A DNA stretch of 43,452 nt. Origin: a virus (lineage: Duplodnaviria; Heunggongvirae; Uroviricota; Caudoviricetes). A program made the translations under genes and the position numbers. The stretch is taken from the IMG/VR virus record IMGVR_UViG_3300042348_001111, positions 1-43,452 of that record; one strand, written 5' to 3'. Positions 1 through 11,900 of the stretch are shown piece by piece (positions within the stretch are counted from its first letter, which is position 1; each line of letters starts with the position of its first letter). Below the pieces are notes generated by a model. It ran no database searches. It saw only the letters and a program-made list of their open reading frames with translations, and had not been told where the DNA came from.

Positions 1-3000
1 ACGTTTTCTTCGTTCATGCCCAATGCAGAAGGTATAGGTTTTTTCACACCATCTGCAAACATGCCCAGGATGTTTCCTATGCTTGCAATAACGCGCTGGT
101 TTTCCTCACTCAGAGTACCAAAGTTGGTGTATTTCCTCAAAGTAAGGTCATACTCAGTGTCACCGGTTTCTGTTTTACCTTTTTCAACTGCGATCTGAAA
201 CTGCCAAATGACGTTTTCAGAGTTTAGCTCAAGACCAAACTGTGAAGCCAGTGCTACAAACTTGTTGATATTGGCTGCAATACCAATACCTGACTTGTAC
301 ACACCACTGATGTTCTTTGTGGCAACCACACCATCAATGGACAAGTGATTGTAACCACCACCCATCTGCTTAACGTCTCTTCCAAATTCTTCAGCAATGT
401 CTTCAAAAGCCTGCACTGAAGAACGCTCGTTGATGTATAGATAATTAAACACTGCTTCGTTTGACAAAATGTCCATCATAGAGCGCAGGTTGGCGTTCTG
501 AAAAGCAGGGCGCGTTACCTTTTTGTACTTAGGATTGGCAAGAAAGTTCTCCAGTGTCACTGGCAGACCAAGCTTTTCAAATGCCGCCAGTACAGCGTCG
601 TAGTTCTTGAGCGTATCAACGTCTTCTGAAAGTCTTTCTGCAGTGTATCCTACAAAAGTCTTGGCATTGTCAGAAGGTTTATAGCTCTCACCCATCGCTT
701 CAATCTTAGCAAGCTCTGACTTAACCAACATCTTTGCGTCGTCGTCTTTGCTCATGTACTCTACAAACTCGGTGTAACGACCCGCGTCTTCAGAACTGTA
801 AGCGCTGTAGTCTCCATAGAGTACAGGGTTGTCATCAGCATTAAAGTAATGCGCAAGTGTCTGCCCGTACAAACTGTCAACGTCAAAGTCAGAACCTGCC
901 AACAAGTGTACAAAATGCGGTACAATAATACCGTTCAGGTTTGCACTGTCAATAAAGTCTACAACCTTAAGTACGATCATAGATCGCTTATCCTCTGTAG
1001 GGATACGCGTTGCAAACATCTTGGTCAGCTGCTTCATGTAAAACTCCTCATGTTCTTTGTTTCTGAACTGAGGCTTGGGCACAATTGCTTCAACAAAGTA
1101 GGTCTTGGTGCCATCGGCATTTGTCTCTACAGACACCCCTAAAGGACGCGTTTTGACATTAGGATACCTGGCAGGGTTCCTGCGGTAGTCTTCACTGCGA
1201 ATGATGTTGCCATCCATGTCTGTCATTAGGTCATACCCAAAAGAAGACATGTGAATACTCTTAAAGCCAGAACGCTTTTCATCAGTGATATGCTTAGAGT
1301 ACTGTGAGAAGAAATAATACTCCAGCATGTTACGTATTCCTGGCAGGTTGGGCGAGTGCACCGGTGTGCCATCAACATTCAGATCAAACAGCTTAAGCGT
1401 GTTTACTGGTGCTCCCTGAGACTCCAAAGAAGTTCTGATAAGGGTAAAAATTTTACCTACTTCAAAGTCGCCGTCCTTACGCAAAATTGTCTTTAAATTA
1501 ATTAAGTTTGACTCACCGACGTCTTTAAGTGTACGCTGATAAGTTCTCAGAATAGTGGCAACTTTTTCCATAGATTTTTGCTCACTCTCTGCAATGTCTC
1601 TTCCAGAGGCGCGCATGATTTCAGCAATATTTAAAAGGTCTGCAGCTATCAGCGCTTTGGCCTGTACAGAAAACTTAGCTGTGTCTTTGACACCTGATGT
1701 TTCTACCTGCAGAAACTTATAGCGGTTGTCAACAGCCACAGAAGACATTTCAAGGTTTATGTAACTTCCTTCTGTAAGCTTTTGACTTTCAGTAAAGATA
1801 TCAACAGGTAGCAGTGTAGCGTTTTTAGACGCAGTGGTGTCCATCAAGTGATCTATCTGGTGGAACTCCATGGCGTTCAACAGATCATGCAGTATTTTGC
1901 GAGAAGGAATAGGCTTATAGTACTTATGTATCTCCTGCATGTTAACCTTTATCTGTGTCATAAATGGTGCAGGATCCAGACCAGCAATTTTCGCCTCTTT
2001 TGCAGCATCCCTTAAAGAATAGACTTCTGCGTAAAGCATGTGAATAGTGTCCTGTGCTTTTTTGATGTATTCCCTTTTTCTTTCAGGAGACACAAGAACT
2101 TCTTCAGGGATAACAAACACAGACACATCGTTACGGTCAATGTGAACCTCAGACTGTTTATGATACGCATTGCGCGTTGAAGTCACTGTCTTTTTAGAGT
2201 TGTTTACAATGTTGTTTCTCTCAAGCAATGATATTTCATCTGCAGTAAGCTTGCGATAGTGCTTTGCTATCATTAGTTCTGCAGCCTCTGCACTCAGACG
2301 ACCCATGGCATCGTGCATATCCATCTGGTGCATTAGTGTAGAAAAACTCTGACCATCAAAAACCTCACGCATCATGTCACCATACTTAATGGTTCTTTCA
2401 ATACCTGTGCTTGGGTCAGTAATTCTTTCTTTTACGCCGCTCTGTGCTTTAGCAAAGTCAGCAATTAAGATGTCACGCAGGTTTTCAGAAAGCCTTTCAT
2501 CACCCAGGATCTCATCTGCGTTGTAATAAGGCCCGTACATTGGGTAGGTCTCATGTATAAAAGCTTTGATCGTATTGATGTACGCAACTTTGTGATCGCC
2601 GCGTTTAGGCGTAGATCCTGCAGCAAGTTGTTTTTTCTGACGCTTGAAATAATCAGAAGGATCTTTTACGTTCATGGCACTGTCACCATCCAGCAAGTCA
2701 TTTACTGTAAGTGAGTTAGCCCAGAAGTTAAAAAACGCATCTGCTACAAAACCTTCCATGTTTTCCTGTTTAGGAATTTCTATAGGCTTAATCTCTGAAC
2801 CTTTTAGTTTTTCGCCATAGTTTTTAGGAGTTTTATAGTACTTGTTTTCAAGAACGTTTTCTTGTTTTCTTCCATCTACTATGAGTACAGGTGCAATAAA
2901 TTCTGAGGTGTATCTTGTAATAGTTCCGTCAGTTCCTGTTTGAATATATACTGCACCAGTAGCAGTTCTTAAAGGTCGTTTTTCTTTCTTTAAAACTTGC

Positions 3001-6000
3001 AGTTCGACTAAACGATCAAGATGTTTTTGTAACGCCTGCTGAGCATAGGTGTTCAATTGGTTACGAAGTGTAACCATTACATCTTCAGGCAGTTCTTCAA
3101 ACTTAGTACCTGCAAAAGCAAAATCACGCAAACCTGTGTTGGTGTCGTTGGTGACCAGTTCTGCGTTTGCCTGAAAAAAATCTGGTATCTTGCCAATAAA
3201 GTTGTATGCACGCAAGTCTGTGCTATCAACTTCTGCCTTTGTCACATCATCTTTTTGATGTGTAGCGTTAAACTTCAAAATCAGACTGTGCTTTTCTCCT
3301 GCGTCAAAGACCTGTTTTCTTTCAAGTCTTTTGTTGTACTCACGCTGAATACGATTGTATTCCTGACGCACAGCATTTGTAAGTGTGTCTGTTATTTTAA
3401 GGTGTCCATCTTTTGTTTTTAGCATGCCTTTATTATCAGCATACTGCTCATATAATGCAGAAATCAAAAAGTTAGTCTGCGATGACTCAAGCTGTGAAAA
3501 ACTTCTCAGGTAAGTTTGTATCTCAACAAGTTTGTCTTTTCCTTCAGCGTCTTTGATAACTTGTTTGTGAGAGGTTCTGTTCAGAAAAGAAAGAAGGTGT
3601 GTGATATACATTGACTTGCTGTCAATGTTTTTAAAACTTTTACCAGGTTTGAACTTGCCGTCAAACACCTGGTTTACTCCACCAAACATTGCAACGCGGA
3701 AGTTGCGTAAGAACAATTCCTGCTTTGCTTTGAAAGTAGCGTTGCCTTCTGGATCAAGCAAAACACCCATTGCTGGATTGTCTTTGAACCAGTCGTTAAC
3801 ATACTCTTCAAAGTAAGGATCCTCTCTTAGCGTTTCTTCCAATCCTTTTCTTCTTAATGTTTGCGCCAAACGTAGCGCTGGCGTGTAACTCACAAACCGG
3901 TAACGCGACTTGTTTTCTGAGTCTTTAACTGTACTCTGTATACCTTGTGGGTCATATTTGACCATGTAAGCAGCTGCTCTGCGTAAAATAACATTGAAAC
4001 GATCTACTGTCAGTTCAGCATTTTTGTCTTTAGTTATATACCTTGCAAAAGCGTCATGATTATTTTGGTTGTTGACAGCTTCTTTAATAATTTGTAAGAT
4101 GCTTAAAAAAAAGTCTTTTTCAAAAAAGATTCCTTCAGCAATCATCTGTTCATGACTGTTGTAATGATCTACAACTTCTTTGCTAAGCTGCGTGTTGTCA
4201 TGCACTACATTGTTTTGCGTCTTGTCTATTGCAAGCAATGATAAACGTATCAGAGACTTGGGCACGTTAATACCTACAGCATTCATAAGCGTGTGCAACT
4301 CACTTGTGAGTTCTTCAAGCTTTTCACCCTGGTTATCACTGTCTAAAATAAAATTGCTTTCATAAATTGTTCTTGATAGAGTACTCAAGTCCTGTGCAGC
4401 TTTAAGATATGCTTCATCTTTTGCAGAAGAAGCGTGCTTGGTCTTAATGCTTGTAATAATCTGTGTCTTGCGGAGGTTGATATCCTGAAACAAAACCTGG
4501 TCCTTTATAGTATATGAACTGGTTTCTGTACCCATATCCATACCTGATGGGTCAGTTTTTTTATTGGTATAAACAGTAGTAGTGATAAAGTCAAGCTCAG
4601 TAGTATCCAGCGCATCAATCATCATATTGTAAAGTTGCTGATTGCTTTGGGGTCTACCGCTGCTGTCCATGTTTGTGAACTTGTGCAGCTTGTCGTAAAT
4701 GTTGTCAAGATCATCTGCCAGCAAGTTGTTTCCATCATAGCGTGCAGTATTGGCAACAACCTTAATATGATCAATGATATTGTCTACTTCAACATCTGAT
4801 GTAACGCTCATAAGTACACCAAACATCTGGTTACCGTTTGCAAGACGTGGCAGCGTAATGCCCAGTCTTTCATCTACACGGTTATACTTTAGCAGTGCCA
4901 AAAACCTTCTGATTTCTTTGTTGACTCCTTCAAGTTTGTTGTACTGATTTAGTCCACTGTCAAAATCTGCAGACTCAGTTTCCTGGTCGTTAGAACCAGT
5001 TTCATCATCTTCGTTATACACAGGAGGATTTTCATCTGTGAGTAGCTCTTCTAATTTTTCTCCTGTAAGCGTGTCTTCTTGTTCTGGTTTGCTTTCTATA
5101 AGCGTATTAATCTTTTCAAAGTTTGCTTTGACAAGTTTCATCAAGGTCTTTTTAGACTCTTGACCATTAGTGTTGTCTACAAAGCTGTCTCCTGTACCGT
5201 CATTGCGCTTTACTAAATTAGGACGTACCAAATTATCATAGTCAGGATTACCTGTGTTGTTCAAGTCAGGCAGTACTTCATTCCGCATGCGTGCACCCAA
5301 CATAAAACGATAGTTCTTCCAGGTATTGCCTAAAACTTCAAGAATCTGATCACGTTTATCAGGATGATTTGCAGTAAGTCTATCAAGGTTGTACACTTTG
5401 GCCAAAATAAATTTAGCTATTCTGTCAAAGTTTTGCTCAAACGTCTGCTTGTTATTATATCTTTTGAGCATGTAGTAAGTCACCATATTGACCAACTCAT
5501 TTTGCTGTTCTGCAGAATTAAGACTTCCAATTCTGTCTGTAATTCCTACACCGCCAGGCAAATTTTCAATTTCAACCAGACCTTCAATAATCTCATATGC
5601 TGCCTGACCATCATATATGTCAGAAGCCATTACAGAAGAACTTGCGTAGTAACCGCTGCTTACGCGTGAGTACATTCTGTCAATTTCATTGCTCTTACCT
5701 GTAAACATTTCAATCAAACGTTTGAGCAACTGCATCAGGTCACCAAGAATACCTTTAGGTTTCTTGTTGTCTGTCATATATTTTTGAAAACCATCTGCAA
5801 GAATTTCTTCTGCCTGAAGTTGTTTCATGCGCGTCTTGTCATAGACATAGTTACGCTTGCGTGCAAACTCTTTGAGTGACTCTTCTGTAAACTTAGAAGC
5901 ATGGACTTTCATCCCAGATACCAAGTCTACAAGACCTGCGCGATATGCATCTGTCATCAAATATCTAAACACACCGTGAAAGGCCTCATGGTAAACAGTA

Positions 6001-8957
6001 CCTTTCCCTTTAATTTGATTGTTCAGATAGATCACACGGTCTTTGAACATCCCCAATACAGTTCCATCTAGGCTTGCAAGATCATTCAGTGTAGATAGAT
6101 CAAACTCTGAAAGCTTAAACTGAGGGTATGTTTTCTTTAACCAAGCAACAGCGCTGAGACGTTCAGCATCTGTTTCTGTTTCTACATTGCCTGCCATCAT
6201 GCTAAACAAAGGCATGCGTGGTATGTCAATAGTGCTAGGTGCTACAGGTTGTTGCGTAGGATTTTGTACATGAATTTGTACCGGTTTTTCTACTGTAACA
6301 GGTACTGGAGCAGGAGCAGGAATACTGCTTAGATTACTCACATTATTTTTAGGAGTAATAACAAAACGCCTCATGCCAGAATCAACATGCATGTAGTTGT
6401 TCAGGTTAGAACCAAAACGTGCACGTGCGTTAATACCATTTTTAGGAGTGTATTTTGGTGAAAAAGAAATATTTGGTACAACAGTACCATCTTTTTCTTC
6501 ACGAAAAAACAAAAACTCTGGTCTAAATACACCATTGTAAGTAAAATCCTCTTTAAGATTCTGCATGAACCTGGGATCTTCACTGGTCTGTGTCTCAAGT
6601 TTGTTAAGCACCTGATTACGAATTTGCTGTGAAAATCTTTCTCTTGCTTCTTTAACAGCATTAGCAAGTTCTACAATCAACCCATCAACAGAACCTCTGC
6701 GGCTCATGACAGTAATTGTCCTGTAAAACTCGTAAAGATCTTCAGCTTTACTAAGATCAAACTTTGCAAGCTCAGGAAACTTTTCCTGAATTTGTTTTAC
6801 AAGTTTTCCTTCACTAAGCGCTTTTGCAGTAGTAGTGATGATTTTTTCATCAAACAAAAAGTTGTAAAGCCTTTTGTTCTCCTCCATAAAACCATAACGA
6901 TTATCTTTTCTGGCGGTCTTAATCCAAAATTGAAGTTGACCTTTTTTTGTAGTTGAAAAAGCAACATAAAGTGGTTGATCATTTTTTGTTTTGCTACTAG
7001 CAGGCTTAAAAGAATACTCATAAAATTCAAAGTTTTTTATGTCTGTTTCTCTATTGGTACTGTTAGTCAATACAGTGCTAAGCTCAAAAATAAAGTTGGC
7101 AAACTCTTCTACTGGTGACATTGTACCCACATTTTCTGCAATATTGTAGGTAGGAATCGCACCATCTCTAAACTTAATGACCAGGTTCATTTGATCCTTG
7201 TCTGTAGGTTTTAAAAGATTTTCTACAGTCCTAGGATTAAGACCAAGTATTTCTTTTGCATACCGTTCCATACTCAATAGAATGGGTTCAGCACCTGACT
7301 CTGGTATATACTCTATTTTTTCATCTTTATCCAGCAAATCCACCATTTGAAAATCTGCTAACGTTTTGCGAATACGATTATACAAAAATGGTATCTGGCG
7401 TTCTTCTTTAACTCCAGTCTTTGTGTTAACAACCGTAAGCTGCTTGTATAGCGTAGGATCTGACTCAAGTTTTTTACCAAGAGGTGTAAGAGTCTTAAAA
7501 GACCGTGTGGACTGCATTTCATACGCGGCAGCAAACTGCTCTGTAATATCTATAGAGGTTTCACCACTGGTAAATTCTGACATCAAATCATCCTGCACAG
7601 ACGCTACAAACTCTTGGTACTTCTCTGCGCTGTCTTTGATGTTTTCTAAATCCTGCTCTGTAAGTTCTACGTTTCCTTTGTTTGTTGCTTTGACACTAAG
7701 ACGCTTTAACTCTGCAAGATGTCCTGGATTGCTAAAATCTACCCGCTCTGTAGTGTTGTCAGAAGATACAAAAGTGTAGTTGTTGCTGCTGTACAGGTAA
7801 AACTTTTTGTCTGTTCCTATAAAGCTTCCAACCAATACAAAGCTTTGCTCTGATGCTTTAGGGCGCGACACTGTAACTACCTTGCCATTGCTTTCAGAAA
7901 GTAGGTAAGCTCTCTGCGCACTGTTCTCAAATGTCTCGTGGTTTCTGTTAGCAAGCTTAGCCATTGATGGATCAGACTGTGCCAGGTTTTGAATACGCTG
8001 AACGCGCTCATCACCTACATTGCTGATCTTTACAGCATGTATCCTAATCCTAGTAAGAGGTTGTGGTTGGTTAAGTAACTTGAATATCTCAGCAGTTTCT
8101 TCTTCATTGACTGCTTTTACGCGAAAGCTGCTTAAAAGTGTGTCTTCAAAAAAGACGTTTTCAACCGTGTTTAACTGATAAGACTCTGCAGGTATTGAGA
8201 ATTTAACGTTTGCAATCTGCTCCTGAGCAATAGGCTCCAGTGAACCGTCATTGTTCAGAGTGTATAGTACCTCGTTTTCAGAGACAGCTTCCACCATCTG
8301 ACCGTTGGTTAGTGTCACCAGCATGTTTTTAAGCTGTGCCTCTTCTGCAATTTCACTGATAGGGATAAAGTCTGAACGCTTGTCCAAACTAGCAAACATG
8401 TCACCTATCAAAGACTCAAGGCCATCTTTGTTGTCCTGAGGCATCTGACTGTCTATAATTTGCTGACGCAGTGCCGCTGAAAGTTGCTCCAGTAACTGGG
8501 TTCTTTCTTCCAGATTGGCAAAACTGTGAGTAGCAAAGTAGTTTTTGATCAGAGTTACTATGCCATTGGTTCCCACCAGGTCTGACCGGTTGATGACTGT
8601 TTTGCCACCAAGTGCATCAATTTTTTTAGTGATGCTGTCTAGTTTAAGTTCTGCAGGTTTGGATATACCATAAAGTTCTGAAAGTATCTTTACATACCCC
8701 TCAGGATTTTCTGTAGCAGCGGTCATATTACTGACTTGGTCAGCCCTACCTTTTTCATAGTATGAAGAGTCCAAGTCAGCAAGACCCGCGTAGATGTGTG
8801 CCAGGTTATGCACAGAAAGCATCTTCTGCTCAGGAGTCAGCCCGCTTCTCAAAATAAAAGAAGCAGCATTGTCAAAGTTATTATATACAGTAGGCTCCAG
8901 TCTTATGAGATCTAGAACAACACCTGTGTACTTGTCAGTTTGTATTTGACACGCCAT
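1..8957 (-). CDS. Giant virion-packaged DNA-dependent RNA polymerase (crAss-like vRNAP) with N-terminal zincin-like domain; 3' end truncated by window edge
   Basis: ATG at 8957 (MACQIQTDKYTGVVLDLIRL). The same frame reads sensibly at 5976-5990, 876-1020 and 3-140, and the ORF track shows no stop-terminated ORF in this frame, implying about 2985 open codons. Motif FATRIPTEDKRSMIVLKVVDFIDSANLNGIIVPHFVHLLAGSDFDVDSLY has the DxDxD catalytic motif at 876-890 (first D is residue 2690). HEAFH at 5976-5990 is followed by EEILADGF. It follows the cargo genes as in crAss-like phages. Confidence 0.93.
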   Translation of the reverse strand, partial: MACQIQTDKYTGVVLDLIRLEPTVYNNFDNAASFILRSGLTPEQKMLSVHNLAHIYAGLADLDSSYYEKGRADQVSNMTAATENPEGYVKILSELYGISKPAELKLDSITKKIDALGGKTVINRSDLVGTNGIVTLIKNYFATHSFANLEERTQLLEQLSAALRQQIIDSQMPQDNKDGLESLIGDMFASLDKRSDFIPISEIAEEAQLKNMLVTLTNGQMVEAVSENEVLYTLNNDGSLEPIAQEQIANVKFSIPAESYQLNTVENVFFEDTLLSSFRVKAVNEEETAEIFKLLNQPQPLTRIRIHAVKISNVGDERVQRIQNLAQSDPSMAKLANRNHETFENSAQRAYLLSESNGKVVTVSRPKASEQSFVLVGSFIGTDKKFYLYSSNNYTFVSSDNTTERVDFSNPGHLAELKRLSVKATNKGNVELTEQDLENIKDSAEKYQEFVASVQDDLMSEFTSGETSIDITEQFAAAYEMQSTRSFKTLTPLGKKLESDPTLYKQLTVVNTKTGVKEERQIPFLYNRIRKTLADFQMVDLLDKDEKIEYIPESGAEPILLSMERYAKEILGLNPRTVENLLKPTDKDQMNLVIKFRDGAIPTYNIAENVGTMSPVEEFANFIFELSTVLTNSTNRETDIKNFEFYEYSFKPASSKTKNDQPLYVAFSTTKKGQLQFWIKTARKDNRYGFMEENKRLYNFLFDEKIITTTAKALSEGKLVKQIQEKFPELAKFDLSKAEDLYEFYRTITVMSRRGSVDGLIVELANAVKEARERFSQQIRNQVLNKLETQTSEDPRFMQNLKEDFTYNGVFRPEFLFFREEKDGTVVPNISFSPKYTPKNGINARARFGSNLNNYMHVDSGMRRFVITPKNNVSNLSSIPAPAPVPVTVEKPVQIHVQNPTQQPVAPSTIDIPRMPLFSMMAGNVETETDAERLSAVAWLKKTYPQFKLSEFDLSTLNDLASLDGTVLGMFKDRVIYLNNQIKGKGTVYHEAFHGVFRYLMTDAYRAGLVDLVSGMKVHASKFTEESLKEFARKRNYVYDKTRMKQLQAEEILADGFQKYMTDNKKPKGILGDLMQLLKRLIEMFTGKSNEIDRMYSRVSSGYYASSSVMASDIYDGQAAYEIIEGLVEIENLPGGVGITDRIGSLNSAEQQNELVNMVTYYMLKRYNNKQTFEQNFDRIAKFILAKVYNLDRLTANHPDKRDQILEVLGNTWKNYRFMLGARMRNEVLPDLNNTGNPDYDNLVRPNLVKRNDGTGDSFVDNTNGQESKKTLMKLVKANFEKINTLIESKPEQEDTLTGEKLEELLTDENPPVYNEDDETGSNDQETESADFDSGLNQYNKLEGVNKEIRRFLALLKYNRVDERLGITLPRLANGNQMFGVLMSVTSDVEVDNIIDHIKVVANTARYDGNNLLADDLDNIYDKLHKFTNMDSSGRPQSNQQLYNMMIDALDTTELDFITTTVYTNKKTDPSGMDMGTETSSYTIKDQVLFQDINLRKTQIITSIKTKHASSAKDEAYLKAAQDLSTLSRTIYESNFILDSDNQGEKLEELTSELHTLMNAVGINVPKSLIRLSLLAIDKTQNNVVHDNTQLSKEVVDHYNSHEQMIAEGIFFEKDFFLSILQIIKEAVNNQNNHDAFARYITKDKNAELTVDRFNVILRRAAAYMVKYDPQGIQSTVKDSENKSRYRFVSYTPALRLAQTLRRKGLEETLREDPYFEEYVNDWFKDNPAMGVLLDPEGNATFKAKQELFLRNFRVAMFGGVNQVFDGKFKPGKSFKNIDSKSMYITHLLSFLNRTSHKQVIKDAEGKDKLVEIQTYLRSFSQLESSQTNFLISALYEQYADNKGMLKTKDGHLKITDTLTNAVRQEYNRIQREYNKRLERKQVFDAGEKHSLILKFNATHQKDDVTKAEVDSTDLRAYNFIGKIPDFFQANAELVTNDTNTGLRDFAFAGTKFEELPEDVMVTLRNQLNTYAQQALQKHLDRLVELQVLKKEKRPLRTATGAVYIQTGTDGTITRYTSEFIAPVLIVDGRKQENVLENKYYKTPKNYGEKLKGSEIKPIEIPKQENMEGFVADAFFNFWANSLTVNDLLDGDSAMNVKDPSDYFKRQKKQLAAGSTPKRGDHKVAYINTIKAFIHETYPMYGPYYNADEILGDERLSENLRDILIADFAKAQSGVKERITDPSTGIERTIKYGDMMREVFDGQSFSTLMHQMDMHDAMGRLSAEAAELMIAKHYRKLTADEISLLERNNIVNNSKKTVTSTRNAYHKQSEVHIDRNDVSVFVIPEEVLVSPERKREYIKKAQDTIHMLYAEVYSLRDAAKEAKIAGLDPAPFMTQIKVNMQEIHKYYKPIPSRKILHDLLNAMEFHQIDHLMDTTASKNATLLPVDIFTESQKLTEGSYINLEMSSVAVDNRYKFLQVETSGVKDTAKFSVQAKALIAADLLNIAEIMRASGRDIAESEQKSMEKVATILRTYQRTLKDVGESNLINLKTILRKDGDFEVGKIFTLIRTSLESQGAPVNTLKLFDLNVDGTPVHSPNLPGIRNMLEYYFFSQYSKHITDEKRSGFKSIHMSSFGYDLMTDMDGNIIRSEDYRRNPARYPNVKTRPLGVSVETNADGTKTYFVEAIVPKPQFRNKEHEEFYMKQLTKMFATRIPTEDKRSMIVLKVVDFIDSANLNGIIVPHFVHLLAGSDFDVDSLYGQTLAHYFNADDNPVLYGDYSAYSSEDAGRYTEFVEYMSKDDDAKMLVKSELAKIEAMGESYKPSDNAKTFVGYTAERLSEDVDTLKNYDAVLAAFEKLGLPVTLENFLANPKYKKVTRPAFQNANLRSMMDILSNEAVFNYLYINERSSVQAFEDIAEEFGRDVKQMGGGYNHLSIDGVVATKNISGVYKSGIGIAANINKFVALASQFGLELNSENVIWQFQIAVEKGKTETGDTEYDLTLRKYTNFGTLSEENQRVIASIGNILGMFADGVKKPIPSALGMNEEN

Positions 8958-8984
8958 TATAGTTGGGTTAAAAAAGAAATGTGC

Positions 8985-11900
8985 TTATGAAAAGCAACGA
9001 GTAATGTCTTGAAGCTTGTTGAGAATAGAAGCTTCTGTAATAGGAGCAGATGGCACATTTCCTGTCTCTACAAATTTACTAAATTTAGTTGGATCTTGTA
9101 GAGCTTGCTCTCTAAATTCTTTGACTTTAGCATGAAGACTTTCTAAACTTGAAAGAGTTAAACTTGCAACGTTTCCGGTAGATGGTGAGTCAAACAAGGT
9201 GATCTGGTTTGTGACAGGGTTAACCGCCACAGCCACAGGCTTTTGCTTATAGTTTACAGGTTTACCTGTAATCAATGCTTCTTTATTTGCATCTATCAAA
9301 CGTTTACCATCAGGAGTTTTATAGTATTCTTCTAATGTAGTAAAACCAGTCTTCTTCCTTTTGTTATACTGCTCCATGGACTTTTGAAAAATCTCAAGAG
9401 CTTTGGTTACTACTGCTGTGTCTGTAGTGCCCATAAGCTTCTGCACAAAGTCCAGGTCAGCCCTCGTAGTATTCATACTTTCTGCAAGCTGCATCGCCTG
9501 TTCAGCGTCAGGGATTTTCTCAGCGTTGACCGTGTTGTTGCTGCGATCTACTACATCGTATCCCTGCTCTTCTGTACCGGTAGCAGCAAAAGGTGTTTCT
9601 TGCTCTTCAACTATTTCTGGTTCTATAATAGGAGTCTGTTGACTTATTCCCATTCCTAAAAAGGCAGCATTTGCTTCATCTACTGAGTCTATAAAAGTTT
9701 CAGAAGTTTGCGAAGATTTTGCTTCTATTGTAGGAGTTTCCTCAATAACCTCCTCACCATCAGGTCCAATTGTAATTACAGGTGGCAACTCCTCAGCAGG
9801 AGTTTGTTCTGCAGGATCTACAGTAGTGCCAGACGTAATAGGTGTTTCAGAAGGTGCTACTTCTTTGTCTATTGCGTCTTTGTGAATCTTGTAAACCTTT
9901 TCTTCACGCTCAGACAACGCTATACCTTGTAAAAGTTTCTCTGCGATCAGATACTTAATGACAGGATCCAGCTCACCAGTGGCAATGATCTCGTCATAGT
10001 CTTCCTGTGAGATGTCGTCTGTGTATTCTTTAGGTGCATACTTGACTCTAATCTCTGCTTCTTTTTTAAGCAAGTTTTGAACAACGCCTTCATATAGCTT
10101 AAATGCATAGTCTTCCTGCTCAATACTCATGTCGGGATTTGTGATTATCACCAACAAGTTTTTATAGTTCTCAGAGTCAACAAGAGCGCTTCTTAAATCA
10201 TTAATAATATTTATTGCGTCCTGTTCACCAGGCGCCAGATCATTAAGAATTTCCGAAGTTCTGTTATCTAAATCATCTTCTAGTTTGCCAATGTAGACAA
10301 TCAGGTTAAACTTAAATTTACCATCTACCATGCGCTCCTGCATTTGGCGAAAGTTATCAGGGTTCATAAGCACATCAACACTGCGCATGTAGTCTTTGGT
10401 GTCGCGGTCTAAACGGATGTAGTCATATATCATCTGAAAGCTATCACGCATGACCTCTTCAGAAATATCAGTAGTGTTTCCTGCCTGTTTGTTTTTGATA
10501 TTCATCAACTGGCGAAACGTTTCTATAACCTCTGGATCAGTAGGATTAAATGTCCTTTCTACTGTTTCAATTTCATTACCATTTTCGTCTGTTAGAGTCT
10601 GTGTCTTATCAATAGCTTTTCCCACAAAGACATCTGTAATCTGTTTGCTTTTGAGAGGTTCGTCATCTTTGTTGTATCCTACAATACTTTCTCTAACCTC
10701 CCAGTAACTAGCCCACTTTGACAGCAGTTTTTCTTCTTTGATCTTACTGTCAAGTTGTTCTTTAATTCTGTTTTTTGTTTCAGCATCAAGACCTTCAGCT
10801 TTAAGCTGTTCTTTTAACATTACAATTTCTGTGTACAAAGACTTGCCTTCACCTTCTAACGATGTAGCACTAGTAAGCGCTCGCAAGGCGTAATCTGCAC
10901 TAGTTCCAATTCCAGGTGCAGACATCAGTTCTTCAGCAATCTGTTTAGCTCTATTGGCTGACATGTCACCCTTAATAGCGTTGAGGGCAAGAACTTGTAT
11001 CGCTTCTTCCTGCGCACCACGCATCAATGTTGCAACATACTGGCCCCGGCTGCCTGCATCATACTGAGCAGGGTTGACCATTGTGCTCTTGAACTTGGTG
11101 CGAAGACCTTCAATAACGTCTGAGTATTTCTTGATATCTTTGGCAACAGCTTCTGAGAACTCACTTGCGGAGTTGTACTTTGTGTCTTCTAACTTAACAC
11201 CAAAAGACTTTTCAAATTCTTCTGCTGTCATTTCCTTACCCATGTCTTTGATAGCACGTTGCAACATGCTTACTGAGTTGGTTCTTTGGGCAGACGCTAC
11301 TGCGGCAAGCAGTGCGTTGTCACGACCATTCTCAAACTCATAGCGCAATCCTTTAGCTGCAGCTTCTGACTGCTGTTGAGCAGCATCAGTTTGTGCCACA
11401 AAGTTTACGACCTTTTCTTTGAATGTTCCTTCTTTAGCTTGCTTAAACAGTGCATTCTGTATCTCAAGATCTTTTTTGAATTGTTCTTCTGCACGCTTGT
11501 AGGGGTTAAGTTCAGGAGTCTTTGCATACTCGCGGTTAATAAGTGCGCGATTAGCAGCTTCAAATGAACTAGACGCAAGCGCTGTAGGCATGCGGATAAG
11601 TGATCCTGTAAACGCACCCATCAAAAACGTCTTCAGACCTTGCTTAGTAAACTGCTCACTGGCTCCTTTGCCAAAAGCGTCAGACAGTGAGGTTTCTAAA
11701 CCATTAAACTGACCGGCGTAATAGTCACGCCATGCAGTAGCAGATGTTTCTTGCAGATTCTCTTGTAAACCTTCTGAGACTTCAAACTTAAAAAAGTCCT
11801 TAGCAAAAGCTTTAGAGAACTGTAATGCAGCTTCTTTTTTACCAAACTCTTTGGCAACTTTTCCAAGTACGCCATAACTGCCAAAAAACCCTGACTTGTC

